A stretch of DNA of 64,000 bases, from assembly GCA_900088475.1 (NCBI GenBank), contig FLMG01002348.1, positions 1 to 64,000 on the forward strand. Direction: 5' to 3'. The stretch comes from Hyphochytrium catenoides (taxonomy: Eukaryota > Protista > Hyphochytriomycota). Shown piece by piece: positions 63,801 through 64,000 of this stretch. Under the pieces are notes generated by a model. It saw only the letters and a list, made by a program, of their open reading frames with translations. It searched no databases and was not told the DNA's origin. The position numbers and the translations under genes are program-made. Numbering within the stretch: position 1 is the stretch's first letter; every line of letters begins with the position of its first letter.

Positions 63801-63911
63801 TCGCGCCTCCTTCAGCTTACTAAATCAACGTTGTGCAGGGTGGTGGATACTGTCTCTGGAGCAGTGACGCCTTATCAACAAGGAGCTCATGATGAATTTG
63901 AAAATGAGTAA
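60854..63911 (+). CDS. Ubiquitin-like domain fused to a DUF3598-like (calycin-type) beta-barrel, about 12 exons
   Basis: UBL: MKIVIRSSD|DNAIPLEVQPTDSVALTK|AHYVDK...VVLVHNGKMMDDGKQLRDYHIQDGATL, with no terminal GG. C-terminal domain: NVLPRMEGRWNGEMITV...GWISRQTRT...YYWMRP...VETTTWIGNNRLRTIQTFTENGENKRVYVLSEKRVVD..., ending with TAA at 63909-63911. All junctions are GT-AG and phase-consistent. One intron spans the N gap. Confidence 0.78.
63281..63340. other. Assembly gap (N run) in an intron of the UBL fusion gene
   Basis: Run of n characters. Confidence 1.
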
Positions 63912-64000
63912 AGGGCTTAGAGGGTAACCGAAGGAAGCAGCAGCAGATAGCGAAGAGTAAACCTAGTTCCGGTGAGCCACAAGCGTTAGAAAATCAAGAG

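Noticed and set aside
1-64000. Alternative genetic code, stop-codon readthrough or selenocysteine as the cause of the fragmented ORFs
   Set aside because: The conserved genes I traced splice into open frames using ordinary GT-AG introns and end in TAA, TAG or TGA. No in-frame stops were needed.
1-64000. CRISPR array, rRNA, snRNA or introner-like repeated introns
   Set aside because: I saw no regularly spaced repeats, rRNA or snRNA signatures, or mutually similar intron sequences. A covariance-model search and a self-alignment would be needed to exclude them fully.

Overview
Intron-rich eukaryotic (protist-like) genomic DNA using the standard code, with short GT-AG introns. MKS1 implies a ciliated or flagellated lineage. 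Gene models below were spliced by hand. In order: a decayed non-LTR retrotransposon RT fragment; an APC/LAT-family polyamine or amino-acid transporter (+); VPS35 (-); MKS1 (-); a long-type adenylate kinase with a presequence-like N-terminus (+); a small unknown membrane protein (-); an N-acylated TKL kinase (+); Ku80 (-); a calcineurin-A-like phosphatase (+); a full ABCB1/MDR transporter (-); tRNA-Arg(ACG); a fused beta-alpha cobalt-type nitrile hydratase (+, 10 exons, 497 aa); a PX-domain protein (+); an intronless ~736 aa orphan ORF (-); and a ubiquitin-like domain fused to a DUF3598-like beta-barrel (+). The most notable items are the calcineurin-like protein with its own EF-hand pair and a His-to-Asp change in the catalytic GNHE motif, the single-chain nitrile hydratase with a His-rich linker, and the UBL plus barrel fusion. 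Family assignments come from motif recognition and memory of the families, not from database searches. There are two assembly gaps (6512-6527, 63281-63340).
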